34,576 nt of DNA from Steroidobacteraceae bacterium (GTDB taxonomy: Bacteria > Pseudomonadota > Gammaproteobacteria > Steroidobacterales > Steroidobacteraceae), in the NCBI GenBank assembly GCA_036786925.1, contig DAIQQI010000002.1, positions 1-34,576 on the forward strand. The letters run 5' to 3'. Shown piece after piece: positions 1 through 8,764 of this stretch. Made by a program: the position numbers and the translations under genes. The notes beneath the pieces are model-generated. The model made no database searches and had not been told where the DNA came from. It saw nothing but the letters and a program-made list of their open reading frames with translations. Within the stretch, counting starts at the first letter, position 1. Every line of letters begins with the position of its first letter.

Positions 1-94
1 TGCGGTGGAAGGGTCTGCCGATCGGCAAGCGCGATTACACGGGTCGGTTGCGCCTCAAGACTTGAGCGCGCGTTCCAGCGTGCGCCCGAAGATC

Positions 95-1096
95 ATGATG
101 ACCACGCCACCCGCTGCGGCAATGGCGGCAGCCGTTTTTCTCTTGCTGCTGCTCGGCATGACGCGAGCCGTTCCGGCCGCCGGCTATCAGCCGCTAAAGG
201 TGCCCGCGTCAAAGGGAGATTCGGAGATAAGCGCAATTGTCTGGAGTCCGTGCGCCGGCGCGGGGGCCACCGTGCCGCTTGGCCCTTACGTGATACAGGG
301 AACAAGGAACTGCGCCATTGCAGGCAACTCGCTGCCGCTTATCGTCATTTCGCATGGACAAGGCGGTTCGTATCTCGGCCACCACGATACTGCTTCGGCG
401 TTGGCCAATGCGGGCTTCGTGGTTGTTTCCCTGAATCATCCTGGAGATTCCTTCGATGATGACGGCGCGGCGCAGCAGTTGCGAATTTTTGAGTCGCGGC
501 CTCGCGACGTTAGCAGGGTGATTTCATTCATGCTGTCGAACTGGCCGCACCGCCAACAGCTCGACCCAGGAGCGATCGGTGTATTCGGCTTCTCTAGAGG
601 TGGCTATACAGCACTCGCTTTGGCGGGCGCCACGCCAAGCGCCTCGGCGAGCGCCTCGCGATTCTGCCAACCGTGGTGGTCATTTGTGCTTTCGTTGTGC
701 CGTCAACTGGATGCAGACGACGTTCGAATCAGACCCCAAGCCGACCCGCGTGTACGTGCAGTCGTCGTCGTTGATCCTCTTGACCTGTTCGACACGGCGG
801 GCGTACGCAAGGTGCGGGTTCCCGTGCAACTGTGGGCATCAGAATTGGGCGGCGACGGTGTCGCACTCGACCATGTCGAGGCCGTTCGAGCGGCGCTTCC
901 GCGGCCGCCGGAGTACCGCATCGCCAAGGGGGCCGGTCACTTCGCCTATCTGGCACCGTGCTCGCTGGAATTCAAAAAGTCGGAGCCGAAACTCTGCAAA
1001 GATCCCGACGGCTTCAATCGCGAGCTTTGGCACCAGACATTGAATGCCGCTGTCGTCTCATTCTTCAAACGCCAACTGCAGCCAACACCGCGATGA
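95..1096 (+). CDS. Secreted alpha/beta hydrolase (dienelactone hydrolase / PAF-acetylhydrolase-like)
   Basis: ORF 5..1096. The likely start is ATG 95, which gives a signal-peptide-like N-terminus (MMTTPPAAAMAAAVFLLLLLGMTRA). It has an HGQGG motif and a GFSRGG nucleophile elbow (GxSxG). Confidence 0.7.
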   Translation: MMTTPPAAAMAAAVFLLLLLGMTRAVPAAGYQPLKVPASKGDSEISAIVWSPCAGAGATVPLGPYVIQGTRNCAIAGNSLPLIVISHGQGGSYLGHHDTASALANAGFVVVSLNHPGDSFDDDGAAQQLRIFESRPRDVSRVISFMLSNWPHRQQLDPGAIGVFGFSRGGYTALALAGATPSASASASRFCQPWWSFVLSLCRQLDADDVRIRPQADPRVRAVVVVDPLDLFDTAGVRKVRVPVQLWASELGGDGVALDHVEAVRAALPRPPEYRIAKGAGHFAYLAPCSLEFKKSEPKLCKDPDGFNRELWHQTLNAAVVSFFKRQLQPTPR

Positions 1097-1117
1097 GCCG
1101 CTCGTGTGACGGCGCAA

Positions 1118-1366
1118 CTAGGTCTTTATCTCCCGCGCCAGAACCACGCTGACCGACTCCGTGTCTGGATCAAAAACGATGTACGCTTCGCGACGGCGCA
1201 GCTGAGCTAACACCTGGGTAACCTTGTCGTCGAGTGAACTTTCATGCAGGCCATAGTCCGTGCCTTCGCGCAGGATGAAGGACTCAATGACCGCGCGCAG
1301 CGTTGCCGGCGCTAGATCATCGAGCGCCACGCGGATGGGTGCCTGGTCTTCAGTCTGGTCTGGCAT
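1118..1366 (-). CDS. yheU: YheU family protein (UPF0270)
   Basis: 82-aa ORF. The IESFILREGTDYG...KV..V..QL..GEA-type core closely resembles E. coli YheU. Confidence 0.7.
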   Translation of the reverse strand: MPDQTEDQAPIRVALDDLAPATLRAVIESFILREGTDYGLHESSLDDKVTQVLAQLRRREAYIVFDPDTESVSVVLAREIKT

Positions 1367-1443
1367 GATTGTCAGACTATAATCACCTTATGTGTGGGAC
1401 CGGGCAACAAGCGCGTTTCTTTGCAAGCGCTTACGCTTAGACG

Positions 1444-1863
1444 ATGAACGCGACACGACCAGCGGGATACTCAGGCACTCCACTCGCCAAAAAGCTCGGA
1501 TATCGCGACGGTAATCGCGTGTTTCTGCTGACCGCGCCAAGGAATTACCGCGCACTCGTGGACCCTTTGCCGGCAGGTATTCTGTTCGAAAAATCGCTCG
1601 GCGCGACGACCGATCTGGTCCACGCGTTCCTCACGGATAAAGCCGAGCTTGGTAAGTTTCTGAAATCAGCTCGCCAAACGCTGAAGCCCGACGCGAGCGT
1701 CTGGGTATCCTGGCCGAAGAAGTCATCGAAAGTGCCGACGACGATCACCGAAGACACGATTCGCGAGCTGGCGTTGCCGTTAGGTATGGTCGACATCAAG
1801 GTTTGCGCGGTCGATGACACCTGGTCCGGTCTGAAGCTGGTCATACGCAAGGCGCTGCGTTGA
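1444..1863 (+). CDS. DUF3052 domain protein
   Basis: 139-aa ORF starting at ATG 1444. The N-terminal GYSGTPLAKKLG motif and the overall length are typical of DUF3052 (recalled, not searched). Confidence 0.55.
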   Translation: MNATRPAGYSGTPLAKKLGYRDGNRVFLLTAPRNYRALVDPLPAGILFEKSLGATTDLVHAFLTDKAELGKFLKSARQTLKPDASVWVSWPKKSSKVPTTITEDTIRELALPLGMVDIKVCAVDDTWSGLKLVIRKALR

Positions 1864-1868
1864 GCTCC

Positions 1869-2819
1869 ATGCTCAAACGGCCGCCGGTCTGGATCGCGTT
1901 AGCGCTTGTTGCGGCGCTGGTGTGGGTAGCGGCCGAGTATCGCGCGGACATGAATCGCGCCTATGCGCGCGTGCGCGCCAGCGGCACGGTCATCGCATCG
2001 CCTTACGGCGACATCGAATACACCTCGGGCGGTTCCGGCCCTCCTGTGCTGGTGATTCATGGCAGCGGCGGCGGCTACGACCAGGGCGAACTGATGGTGC
2101 GTGCGGTGCTCGGCGAGCAATTCCACTGGATTGCGCCGTCGCGCTTTGGGTACTTGCGCTCGACGTTCCGTGCCGGCGCTACGTTTGACGACCAGGCGCA
2201 TGCGTATGCGTATCTTCTCGATAAGCTGGGCATCAGGAAGGTCGCGGTCGTCACTTTGTCCCACGGCGGACCGTCGGCCTTGCTGTTCGCCGCCCTGCAT
2301 CCTGAGCGCGTGTCGTCACTGACGCTCATTTCCACAGGCGTAGCGGCATCGACCGACCCGAATCAATCACAGGCGAATCAGAAGGGCGACATGCTGAAGA
2401 CAATTTTTCAGCATGACTTTTTGTACTGGACAATCTCCCGCGTATTCAAAACGCAGTTGATGGAACTGATGGGAGCTAACAAACAAGTGATCGCGAGCCT
2501 GACGCCGCTGCAGCGCGACCTCGTTGTCCAGATCATCGATTTCATGAATCCGGTCGCGCCGCGCTCAGCCGGTACCGTTTTCGACAACCAGGCGGCCATG
2601 CCCAACGAACGGATCGCCGCGATCCGCGCCCGGACCTTGATCTTCCATGCCGCCGACGATGGGCTGCAGCTCTACCGCAATGCCGAGTACGCCGAGGCCC
2701 ATATCCCGGGCGCAAAACTGGTTCGCTTCGAGCGCGGAGGACATCTGGTCATTTGCATCGAGCAGCGGGTCATCCGCGCGATGACGCAAAAACACATTGC
2801 CGATACGACGGGCGAGTGA
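1869..2819 (+). CDS. Alpha/beta hydrolase, membrane-anchored
   Basis: ORF 1860..2819. ATG 1869 is preferred because the TTG at 1860 overlaps the upstream stop. It has an N-terminal TM helix, an HGSGGG oxyanion motif and an LSHGG nucleophile elbow. Confidence 0.75.
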   Translation: MLKRPPVWIALALVAALVWVAAEYRADMNRAYARVRASGTVIASPYGDIEYTSGGSGPPVLVIHGSGGGYDQGELMVRAVLGEQFHWIAPSRFGYLRSTFRAGATFDDQAHAYAYLLDKLGIRKVAVVTLSHGGPSALLFAALHPERVSSLTLISTGVAASTDPNQSQANQKGDMLKTIFQHDFLYWTISRVFKTQLMELMGANKQVIASLTPLQRDLVVQIIDFMNPVAPRSAGTVFDNQAAMPNERIAAIRARTLIFHAADDGLQLYRNAEYAEAHIPGAKLVRFERGGHLVICIEQRVIRAMTQKHIADTTGE

Positions 2820-2971
2820 CAGACGGCTGCAGCGACGCTGATCGAGCGCTGGGACGCGCCCGGAAAAGACCCCGTAGCAGGTGTGGCCTGCGGTGTCGCG
2901 GATCAACCAGTTGTACGTGACCGGCGGTTGGCTTAGGCTGGCGCTCCCCAACAACAAGAAGGATGCTGACC

Positions 2972-3244
2972 ATGCCCAGATACGTCATTGAACGAGAGAT
3001 CCCGGGTGCCGGAAAGCTAACAGCCGCTGAGCTGCAGGGCATCTCCCAGAAATCCTGTGGAGTGTTGCAGGGAATGGGGCCGAAGATCCAATGGGTCGAG
3101 AGCTTTGTCACGGACGACAAGGTCTACTGCGTCTACATCGCGCCCAACGAAGCGGCGGTGCGTGAGCATGCACAGAAGGGCGGATTCCCGGCGAACAAGG
3201 TTTCCCAGGTTCGCAACGTCATCAGCCCGACTACCGCAGAGTAG
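2972..3244 (+). CDS. DUF4242 domain protein
   Basis: ORF 2963..3244. ATG 2972 gives the MPRYVIEREIPG N-terminus typical of the family, with AAGGA 7-8 nt upstream. Confidence 0.6.
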   Translation: MPRYVIEREIPGAGKLTAAELQGISQKSCGVLQGMGPKIQWVESFVTDDKVYCVYIAPNEAAVREHAQKGGFPANKVSQVRNVISPTTAE

Positions 3245-3253
3245 ACCGAAACT

Positions 3254-3281
3254 CCCTGTGGCTCAGCAATGAGCCGCAGGG
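3254..3281 (+). terminator. Stem-loop immediately after the DUF4242 stop (possible intrinsic terminator without a U-tract)
   Basis: CCCTGTGGCTCA-GCAA-TGAGCCGCAGGG forms a 12-bp stem (one G-U pair) with a GNRA-type tetraloop, 10 nt after the TAG at 3242-3244. No T-run follows. Confidence 0.35.
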
Positions 3282-3358
3282 ACCTACTGGAATTCATCCT
3301 TGGTTCGTTGCCGCGCCCTCGAGGGCGCAGTCAATGTCGGTAACGCGTGAGGTGTGCC

Positions 3359-3844
3359 ATGAAGATTCCCAACTTGCGAATATTCGCGATACGAGTTCTG
3401 CTGGCAATTGCCGCAATCACCGGCGCCTCCGGCGCCGCGGCCGAGAATTTGGTTCCCGCGGGTTTCCAGGGGAAGTGGGTGCCCGCCAAGGCGGCCTGTA
3501 CGTCGCCAGTTGCCGTATTGATCACCGCTGATCGGTTAACGCTGGTCAATGGCAACGACCGCGAAGCGCTCGGTGGCATCGAAATGGCCGGCCCCGGATA
3601 CTTCGCCCCCGACTACAGCGGCATCATGGCCGTGCTGATCACCGAATTCACCGGCCAGCAGCCATTGACTGCAACCTTCAATGTCGGGGAAAAGAAGGGC
3701 GTTGCCCAAGTCGATTTCGCGCCCGTCATGCCGGGCGCATCTAACGCACAGCTCAGGGCGTACAACGCCCGCATTTCGAAACTCAACCTCGCGAAGCGGT
3801 ATCCGTTGAATGCGGTGCCGCTCAAGAGGTGCCCGCGCGGATAG
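3359..3844 (+). CDS. Hypothetical secreted protein
   Basis: ORF 3347..3844. ATG 3359 is preceded by GAGG. The signal peptide is MKIPNLRIFAIRVLLAIAAITGASGAAA. I recognise no family. Confidence 0.5.
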   Translation: MKIPNLRIFAIRVLLAIAAITGASGAAAENLVPAGFQGKWVPAKAACTSPVAVLITADRLTLVNGNDREALGGIEMAGPGYFAPDYSGIMAVLITEFTGQQPLTATFNVGEKKGVAQVDFAPVMPGASNAQLRAYNARISKLNLAKRYPLNAVPLKRCPRG

Positions 3845-3869
3845 GGTGCCGTTAGGATCTGGAGGACTC

Positions 3870-4175
3870 GTGCATTTCCTGTTGTTCTATGATTACGCGC
3901 CGAATTACCTGCAGGATCGCGCGCAATACCGCCCGGAACATATCAAGTTGGCGTGGGCCGCCAAGGAACGCGGTGAGCTGGTCCTGGCGGGCGCGCTGGC
4001 TGATCCGGCGGATGGCGCGGTGCTGCTGTTCCAGGGACCGACTGACGCCGCGGCCCGTGCCTTTGCGCAGGCGGATCCGTATGTCAGGGCCGGTCTTGTT
4101 ACGCGCTGGCACGTGCGCGCATGGACGACGGTCGTCGGCGACGCAGCGACGACTCCTGTAAAATCCGTTACATAA
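3870..4175 (+). CDS. YciI family protein
   Basis: ORF 3810..4175. GTG 3870 is preceded by GGAGGA (3861-3866). The sequence VHFLLFYDY...RPEH...G.LVLAGA...DPY..AGL is typical of YciI-like proteins. Confidence 0.6.
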   Translation: MHFLLFYDYAPNYLQDRAQYRPEHIKLAWAAKERGELVLAGALADPADGAVLLFQGPTDAAARAFAQADPYVRAGLVTRWHVRAWTTVVGDAATTPVKSVT

Positions 4176-4200
4176 CAGTTTTTTCGAAGAGAGAATCATC

Positions 4201-5151
4201 ATGGTCGACAAGAAAATCATCGCAGTCGTAGGCGCCACGGGGGCGCAGGGCGGCGGGCTGGTGCGCGCAATCCTGGCCGATCCGAACGGCGGGTTCATAG
4301 CGCGCGCCATTACCAGAAACGCCAGTTCTGAAAAGGCCCAGGCACTTGCCAGGGCGGGCGCTGAGGTCGTCGCTGCTGACATCGACGACCAGGCAAGCCT
4401 GGCGGCGGCGCTGAAGGGCGCCTACGGCGCCTACTTCGTAACGTTTTTTTGGGAGCATTTTTCGCCCGAGAAAGAGCAGGCGGAAATTCGCACCATGGCT
4501 GCCGCGGCGAAGGCCGCGGGCCTCAAGCATGTCATCTGGTCGACACTCGAAGACTCGCGCCAGTGGATCCCGCTGTCGGACAACCGCATGCCGACGTTGA
4601 TGGGCAAGTACAAGGTTCCGCACTTCGACGCCAAAGGCGAATCTAACAAATTCTTCACCGAGATGGGCGTACCCACGACGTTCCTGTACACGTCGTTCTA
4701 CTGGGACAACCTGATCGGCTTCGGCATGGGGCCGAAGAAGGGCCCGGACGGCAAGCTTGCCTTCACATTGCCGATGGGCGACAAGAAATTGCCGGGCATG
4801 GCTGCTGAGGACATTGGCCGGTGTGCATACGGCATCTTCAGGAAGGGTTCGGAGTACATCGGCAAGAGCGTCGGCATCGCCGGCGAGCACCTGACCGGCA
4901 ACCAGATGGCCGATGCCCTGTCCCAGGCGTTAGGGCAGGACGTGCACTACAACGCGGTGACTCCGGAGATGTATCGAAGCTTCGGCTTTCCGGGCGCCGA
5001 TGACCTCGGCAACATGTTCCAGTTCAATCGCGATTTCGCGGAGATGTTTTGCAGTGCGCGCAGCGTGGACCTTTCCCGCGCGCTGAATCCGTCGCTGCAG
5101 ACCTTCAGGAAATGGCTGGCGGAGAACAAGTCTCGCATCCCGCTGGAGTAG
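4201..5151 (+). CDS. NmrA family NAD(P)-binding protein
   Basis: 316 aa. It has an N-terminal Rossmann motif (IAVVGATGAQGGGLV) and NmrA-like length and layout. Confidence 0.8.
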   Translation: MVDKKIIAVVGATGAQGGGLVRAILADPNGGFIARAITRNASSEKAQALARAGAEVVAADIDDQASLAAALKGAYGAYFVTFFWEHFSPEKEQAEIRTMAAAAKAAGLKHVIWSTLEDSRQWIPLSDNRMPTLMGKYKVPHFDAKGESNKFFTEMGVPTTFLYTSFYWDNLIGFGMGPKKGPDGKLAFTLPMGDKKLPGMAAEDIGRCAYGIFRKGSEYIGKSVGIAGEHLTGNQMADALSQALGQDVHYNAVTPEMYRSFGFPGADDLGNMFQFNRDFAEMFCSARSVDLSRALNPSLQTFRKWLAENKSRIPLE

Positions 5152-5163
5152 AGGAGCAATACG

Positions 5164-5682
5164 ATGAACTGGCATACGAAACGTGCTGCGTCTGGCATGG
5201 TGCTGGCGATGTTAGTGGTTGCACAAGCTTCCGCCTCGGAGGCGGACGAGGCCGCGATTCGGGCGCTGCAAGCGCGACAGGCGGCCGCCTGGAACGCGCA
5301 TGACGCGACAGCGTACGCAAACCTGTTCGCGCCGGACGGCGATGTCGTCAACGTGCTGGGCTGGTGGTGGCGGGGGCGTGCGGAGATTCAAAGCAAGCTC
5401 TCCGACGCGTTCGCGTGGGTGTTCCGCGACAGCAAGCTCACGATCACCGACGTGCACTCGCGTTTTCCCGATCGGACGACGGCCATCGTGCATGTGCGCT
5501 GGACGATGGATGGAGCCAAGGTGCCGCCCGGAGCGCCGACGCCGCCGCGCGAGGGTATCCAGTTGCAGGTGCTGCGCAAAGCTAACGGTCAATGGCTGAT
5601 CGCGAGCTTCCAGAACACGAACAGCATTCCCGAGACGCCATTTCCGAAAGGTCCGCCGCCGGCACCAGGCGCCACGCGATAA
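5164..5682 (+). CDS. SgcJ/EcaC family (NTF2-like, DUF4440) protein with signal peptide
   Basis: 172 aa with a signal peptide. The AWNAHDA.AYA.LF..DGD.V...G core is typical of SgcJ/EcaC. Confidence 0.6.
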   Translation: MNWHTKRAASGMVLAMLVVAQASASEADEAAIRALQARQAAAWNAHDATAYANLFAPDGDVVNVLGWWWRGRAEIQSKLSDAFAWVFRDSKLTITDVHSRFPDRTTAIVHVRWTMDGAKVPPGAPTPPREGIQLQVLRKANGQWLIASFQNTNSIPETPFPKGPPPAPGATR

Positions 5683-5696
5683 GAGATCCACTTGCC

Positions 5697-7235
5697 ATGG
5701 TGACAACACTCGCAGAAATTCTGCCGCAAGCCGCGCGCAAGCATAAAGACCGCGTTGCGTTGATCGTCGAAGAACGGCAGTTCTCGTTTCGCGAACTGGA
5801 TGCGATGTCCAACCGCGTTGCCAACGGCCTGGCCGCCACGGGCATTCAGCCGGGCGACCGCGTGAGCCTGTTCGGTGCTAACAGCTGGGAGTGGCTTGTC
5901 AGCTACTACGGCATTGTGAAAGCCGGCGCGGTCGTGAACCCGCTTAACACCATGCTCACGGCGGATGAAGTGCGATTTACGGTGACCGACGCGGGTTCCC
6001 GCGCGGTGCTGGCCGCGGCGGACAAAGCCGAGACCCTGCTGCCCCTGAAGGGCGTCGGCAACCTGACAGACCTGGTGTTCTGGGGCGAAGCGCCGGTCGC
6101 GGGGGCCAGGATGTTGAATGACTGGCTGCAGGGCGCCAGCGCGGAATTTACCGCGCCGCGGCGCCAGCCCGCGGACCTCGCCGCCATTTGTTATACGTCG
6201 GGCACGACCGGACGCCCGAAAGGCGCCATGCAGAGTCAGCGATCCGTGATCGGGGCAGCCGTAGGCACTGCGCTGATGTCGGTGCGTACCTCGGAGGATC
6301 GGCTCATCAACGCGCTGCCACTGCCGCATGTGTATGGCAGCTGTGTGTTCAATGCCGCGATGATGGTTGGCTCGATGCTGATCGTTGTTCCGCGCTTCAA
6401 CGAAATCGCCGTCCTCAGTGCCATCCAGCGGCATCGTGTCACGATCATGGACGGCGTACCGACGGCCTACTACTACCTGCTCGCACATCCGGACTTCGAC
6501 AAGTACGATCTTTCGAGCCTGTCCCGCTGCTGGGGAGGCGGTCAAACCTTGCCGGCGGCCAAGGCGCAGGAATTCACGGCGCGCACCGGTTGTGCGGTCT
6601 ACGAAGTCTGGGGCATGACCGAGCTGGCCGGTGCCGCGACGGCGAATCCAGCGTATGGACCTAACAAGTCTGGAACCATCGGCATTCCGTATCCCGGCAA
6701 CGCGTTCCGTATTGTGGACGTGGATGACGCCAACAGGGAAATGCCGCTGGGCGAACGCGGCGAGCTGATGTTTCGCGGCCCGATGGTGATGCAGGGCTAC
6801 TACAACAATCCGAAAGGCACGGCCGAGACCATCCGGCCCGATGGCTGGTTGCACACGGGCGACATTGCAACGATGGACGAAGATGGCTATGCGACGATCG
6901 TCGATCGCAAGAAGGACATGATCATCACGGCCGGATTCAACGTCTATCCCGCTGAAATTGAACGCGTGCTGTGCATGCACCCGGCGGTGGCGCTCGCGGC
7001 GGTCGGCAGCGTGCCGGACGAAGCGAAGGGTGAACTGGCCAAGGCCTACGTAATCCTGAAGCCGGGCGCCGAGGTGTCACGAGCCGACCTCGTGGCCCAT
7101 TGCCGCGCGCAACTGGCGGCCTACAAGGTCCCGCGCGCGCTGCAGTTTGTCTCGTCGGTGCCCACGACATCTTCGGGCAAGATCATGCGGCGGATGTTGA
7201 AAGACGTCGACGACGGAACGCTGACGGTCAATTGA
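5697..7235 (+). CDS. AMP-dependent acyl-CoA synthetase/ligase
   Basis: ORF 5592..7235. ATG 5697 is preferred (MVTTLAEILPQAARKH). It has the AMP-binding motif YTSGTTGRPKGA, GWLHTGD, and a C-terminal SSGKIMRR. Confidence 0.85.
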   Translation: MVTTLAEILPQAARKHKDRVALIVEERQFSFRELDAMSNRVANGLAATGIQPGDRVSLFGANSWEWLVSYYGIVKAGAVVNPLNTMLTADEVRFTVTDAGSRAVLAAADKAETLLPLKGVGNLTDLVFWGEAPVAGARMLNDWLQGASAEFTAPRRQPADLAAICYTSGTTGRPKGAMQSQRSVIGAAVGTALMSVRTSEDRLINALPLPHVYGSCVFNAAMMVGSMLIVVPRFNEIAVLSAIQRHRVTIMDGVPTAYYYLLAHPDFDKYDLSSLSRCWGGGQTLPAAKAQEFTARTGCAVYEVWGMTELAGAATANPAYGPNKSGTIGIPYPGNAFRIVDVDDANREMPLGERGELMFRGPMVMQGYYNNPKGTAETIRPDGWLHTGDIATMDEDGYATIVDRKKDMIITAGFNVYPAEIERVLCMHPAVALAAVGSVPDEAKGELAKAYVILKPGAEVSRADLVAHCRAQLAAYKVPRALQFVSSVPTTSSGKIMRRMLKDVDDGTLTVN

Positions 7236-7800
7236 GCTGCTGAGCCGTGTCGCGACCCAGTTTTTCCGCGAGGCGCATCGCGACCTGGCGATTCGGTTCG
7301 CCGCTATCCGTCTCTTCGTTAGGCCGGAAAATCCAGAACGAACGCGTGCTGATCACACGGGCTCCGGACTTGCGCAGCGCCTCATCGAGCAGCCTTTGCG
7401 AGCGCCCGGTGGAGCCGGCTCCGCCGATGATGCCGAGCGCCGCTATGCCATCCAATCGAGTTCGCGCCAGGTACCGCAGCGTCGGACGATCCGGCGTCCA
7501 CCAGTAGGTGTTGCTGACGACCGCGACCAGCTTGTAGTTGCTGAGCGCATCCGGTGTGGCGCCGGTCAGCGTGGCGCGTTCCACCGCCAAGCCGGCACTG
7601 ACCAGACCCCTGGCGAGCGCCAGAGACAACTCATCGCTGAAATGTGCATCGCGGCTCGGGTGATACAGGATCAGGGCCCTGGCGGGACCAGCGCCGCCGA
7701 GTACTTCATATTTGTAGTCGCCCTCGCTTTCGACGACCGCCGTCACGATTGCCGCGGTGGCCAGCAACAGGAAACCGATAACAAGCAGAACCGGCTTCAT
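7228..7800 (-). CDS. Membrane-anchored flavodoxin-fold protein
   Basis: 190 aa with an N-terminal TM helix. ALILYHPSRD...VVSNTYWW resembles flavodoxin-like domain proteins. It overlaps the acyl-CoA ligase 3' end by 8 nt, convergently. Confidence 0.45.
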   Translation of the reverse strand: MKPVLLVIGFLLLATAAIVTAVVESEGDYKYEVLGGAGPARALILYHPSRDAHFSDELSLALARGLVSAGLAVERATLTGATPDALSNYKLVAVVSNTYWWTPDRPTLRYLARTRLDGIAALGIIGGAGSTGRSQRLLDEALRKSGARVISTRSFWIFRPNEETDSGEPNRQVAMRLAEKLGRDTAQQLN

Positions 7801-7836
7801 ATTATTTCCGCCGTGCGCCGTCTGCGGCGCTGTGAA

Positions 7837-8202
7837 TCAGTTCAAATCGACGTGCGTGACGACCGCATGCTCATCACCCTTGAGTGGCCTTGCGGGCGTC
7901 ACGCTCAGCAGGCGGGCGGAGAAGTCGTGGCATTCCCGCGGCTCCACGATCAGCGACTGGCCGTCGAAATTCACTTTCGCCGCAACCGCGCTAGCTTCGG
8001 ACTTGACGCAAACCCGGATGCGTTCGAGGTTTTCACTGGTGTGCAATGGGATGACCTTGTCGTCGGTCAGCACCACGCGTCCGGGCGTCAGCGCCGCGCC
8101 GACCTGATCGACGGCCGATGGTGTGTTAGTCACGAAGAAACTGACGGCTAACCCCACCACCAGGAGAACCGCGACAACACCCAGGATTTTGGATCCAGAC
8201 AT
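7837..8202 (-). CDS. Hypothetical membrane-anchored protein
   Basis: 121-aa ORF with an N-terminal TM helix. I recognise no family. It lies directly upstream of the flavodoxin-fold gene on the same strand. Confidence 0.45.
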   Translation of the reverse strand: MSGSKILGVVAVLLVVGLAVSFFVTNTPSAVDQVGAALTPGRVVLTDDKVIPLHTSENLERIRVCVKSEASAVAAKVNFDGQSLIVEPRECHDFSARLLSVTPARPLKGDEHAVVTHVDLN

Positions 8203-8209
8203 ACCCGGC

Positions 8210-8641
8210 CTATTTGACCAGGGTCACTGGAATACTCGCGTGATGGATGACCTTATTGGCGACCGAGCCGAGCGCGAGCCCGCCGAAACGGCACATGCCG
8301 CGCACGCCCATGATGATCTCGGTGCAGCCGGTCTTGATCGCGCGCTCGATGATCATCTCCGCAGCGTCGCCTTCCGCTGCTTCCGTGGTAAAAACAACAT
8401 TACGTTTGTGCAGTTTTTCGACTGCGGGATCGAGGATCTTGCGGTCATGCTGCGCAACGACCTGCGCGGCCTTATCGTCATTAACATACATGCGCACTTC
8501 ACCGTACACATGTACTGGTGGATGCACCGTCAACAGCAGTACCGCAGCGGTGGGCTCGGTCGACAACCGGTCGACCGCATAGTCCAGCGCCCGCATCGCG
8601 GTCTCGGATCCATCGACAGGAATCAGGATTTTCTTCGCCAT
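8210..8641 (-). CDS. Universal stress protein (UspA family)
   Basis: ORF 8210..8866. The real start is probably ATG 8641 (MAKKILIPVDGSE). It has the C-terminal G.RG......GSV motif. Confidence 0.8.
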   Translation of the reverse strand: MAKKILIPVDGSETAMRALDYAVDRLSTEPTAAVLLLTVHPPVHVYGEVRMYVNDDKAAQVVAQHDRKILDPAVEKLHKRNVVFTTEAAEGDAAEMIIERAIKTGCTEIIMGVRGMCRFGGLALGSVANKVIHHASIPVTLVK

Positions 8642-8764
8642 TCGTGCGGTCACTATCTCAACGTTCTGAAAACCTAATCGTCCGGGAGGCATCCGGCAAT
8701 CGTGGAAACTACGGTATCGACCCGGGAACGCGCAATGTGAATGCGTCGCGCATAATAAGGTTAA

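Noticed and set aside
722-730. GTTCGAATC, a tRNA T-loop-like string.
   Set aside because: The flanking bases cannot form a T-stem or an acceptor stem. It lies in frame inside the hydrolase CDS.
3535-3540. GTTAAC and other TTAAC near-misses of the motif (also near 5944, 8491, 10301 and 24941).
   Set aside because: They differ from CTAAC at the first base and are not enriched (about 6 in total). They were not counted as motif copies.
4929-4935. GTTAGGG, a telomere-repeat-like heptamer.
   Set aside because: It is a single copy, and is simply one instance of the YGTTAG motif followed by GG. There is no tandem array.
5589-6980. A 463-aa ORF on the minus strand, antisense to the acyl-CoA ligase gene.
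   Set aside because: It is a typical high-GC shadow ORF. It is Arg/Gly/His-rich with no recognisable motifs, while the plus-strand frame carries clear AMP-binding motifs.
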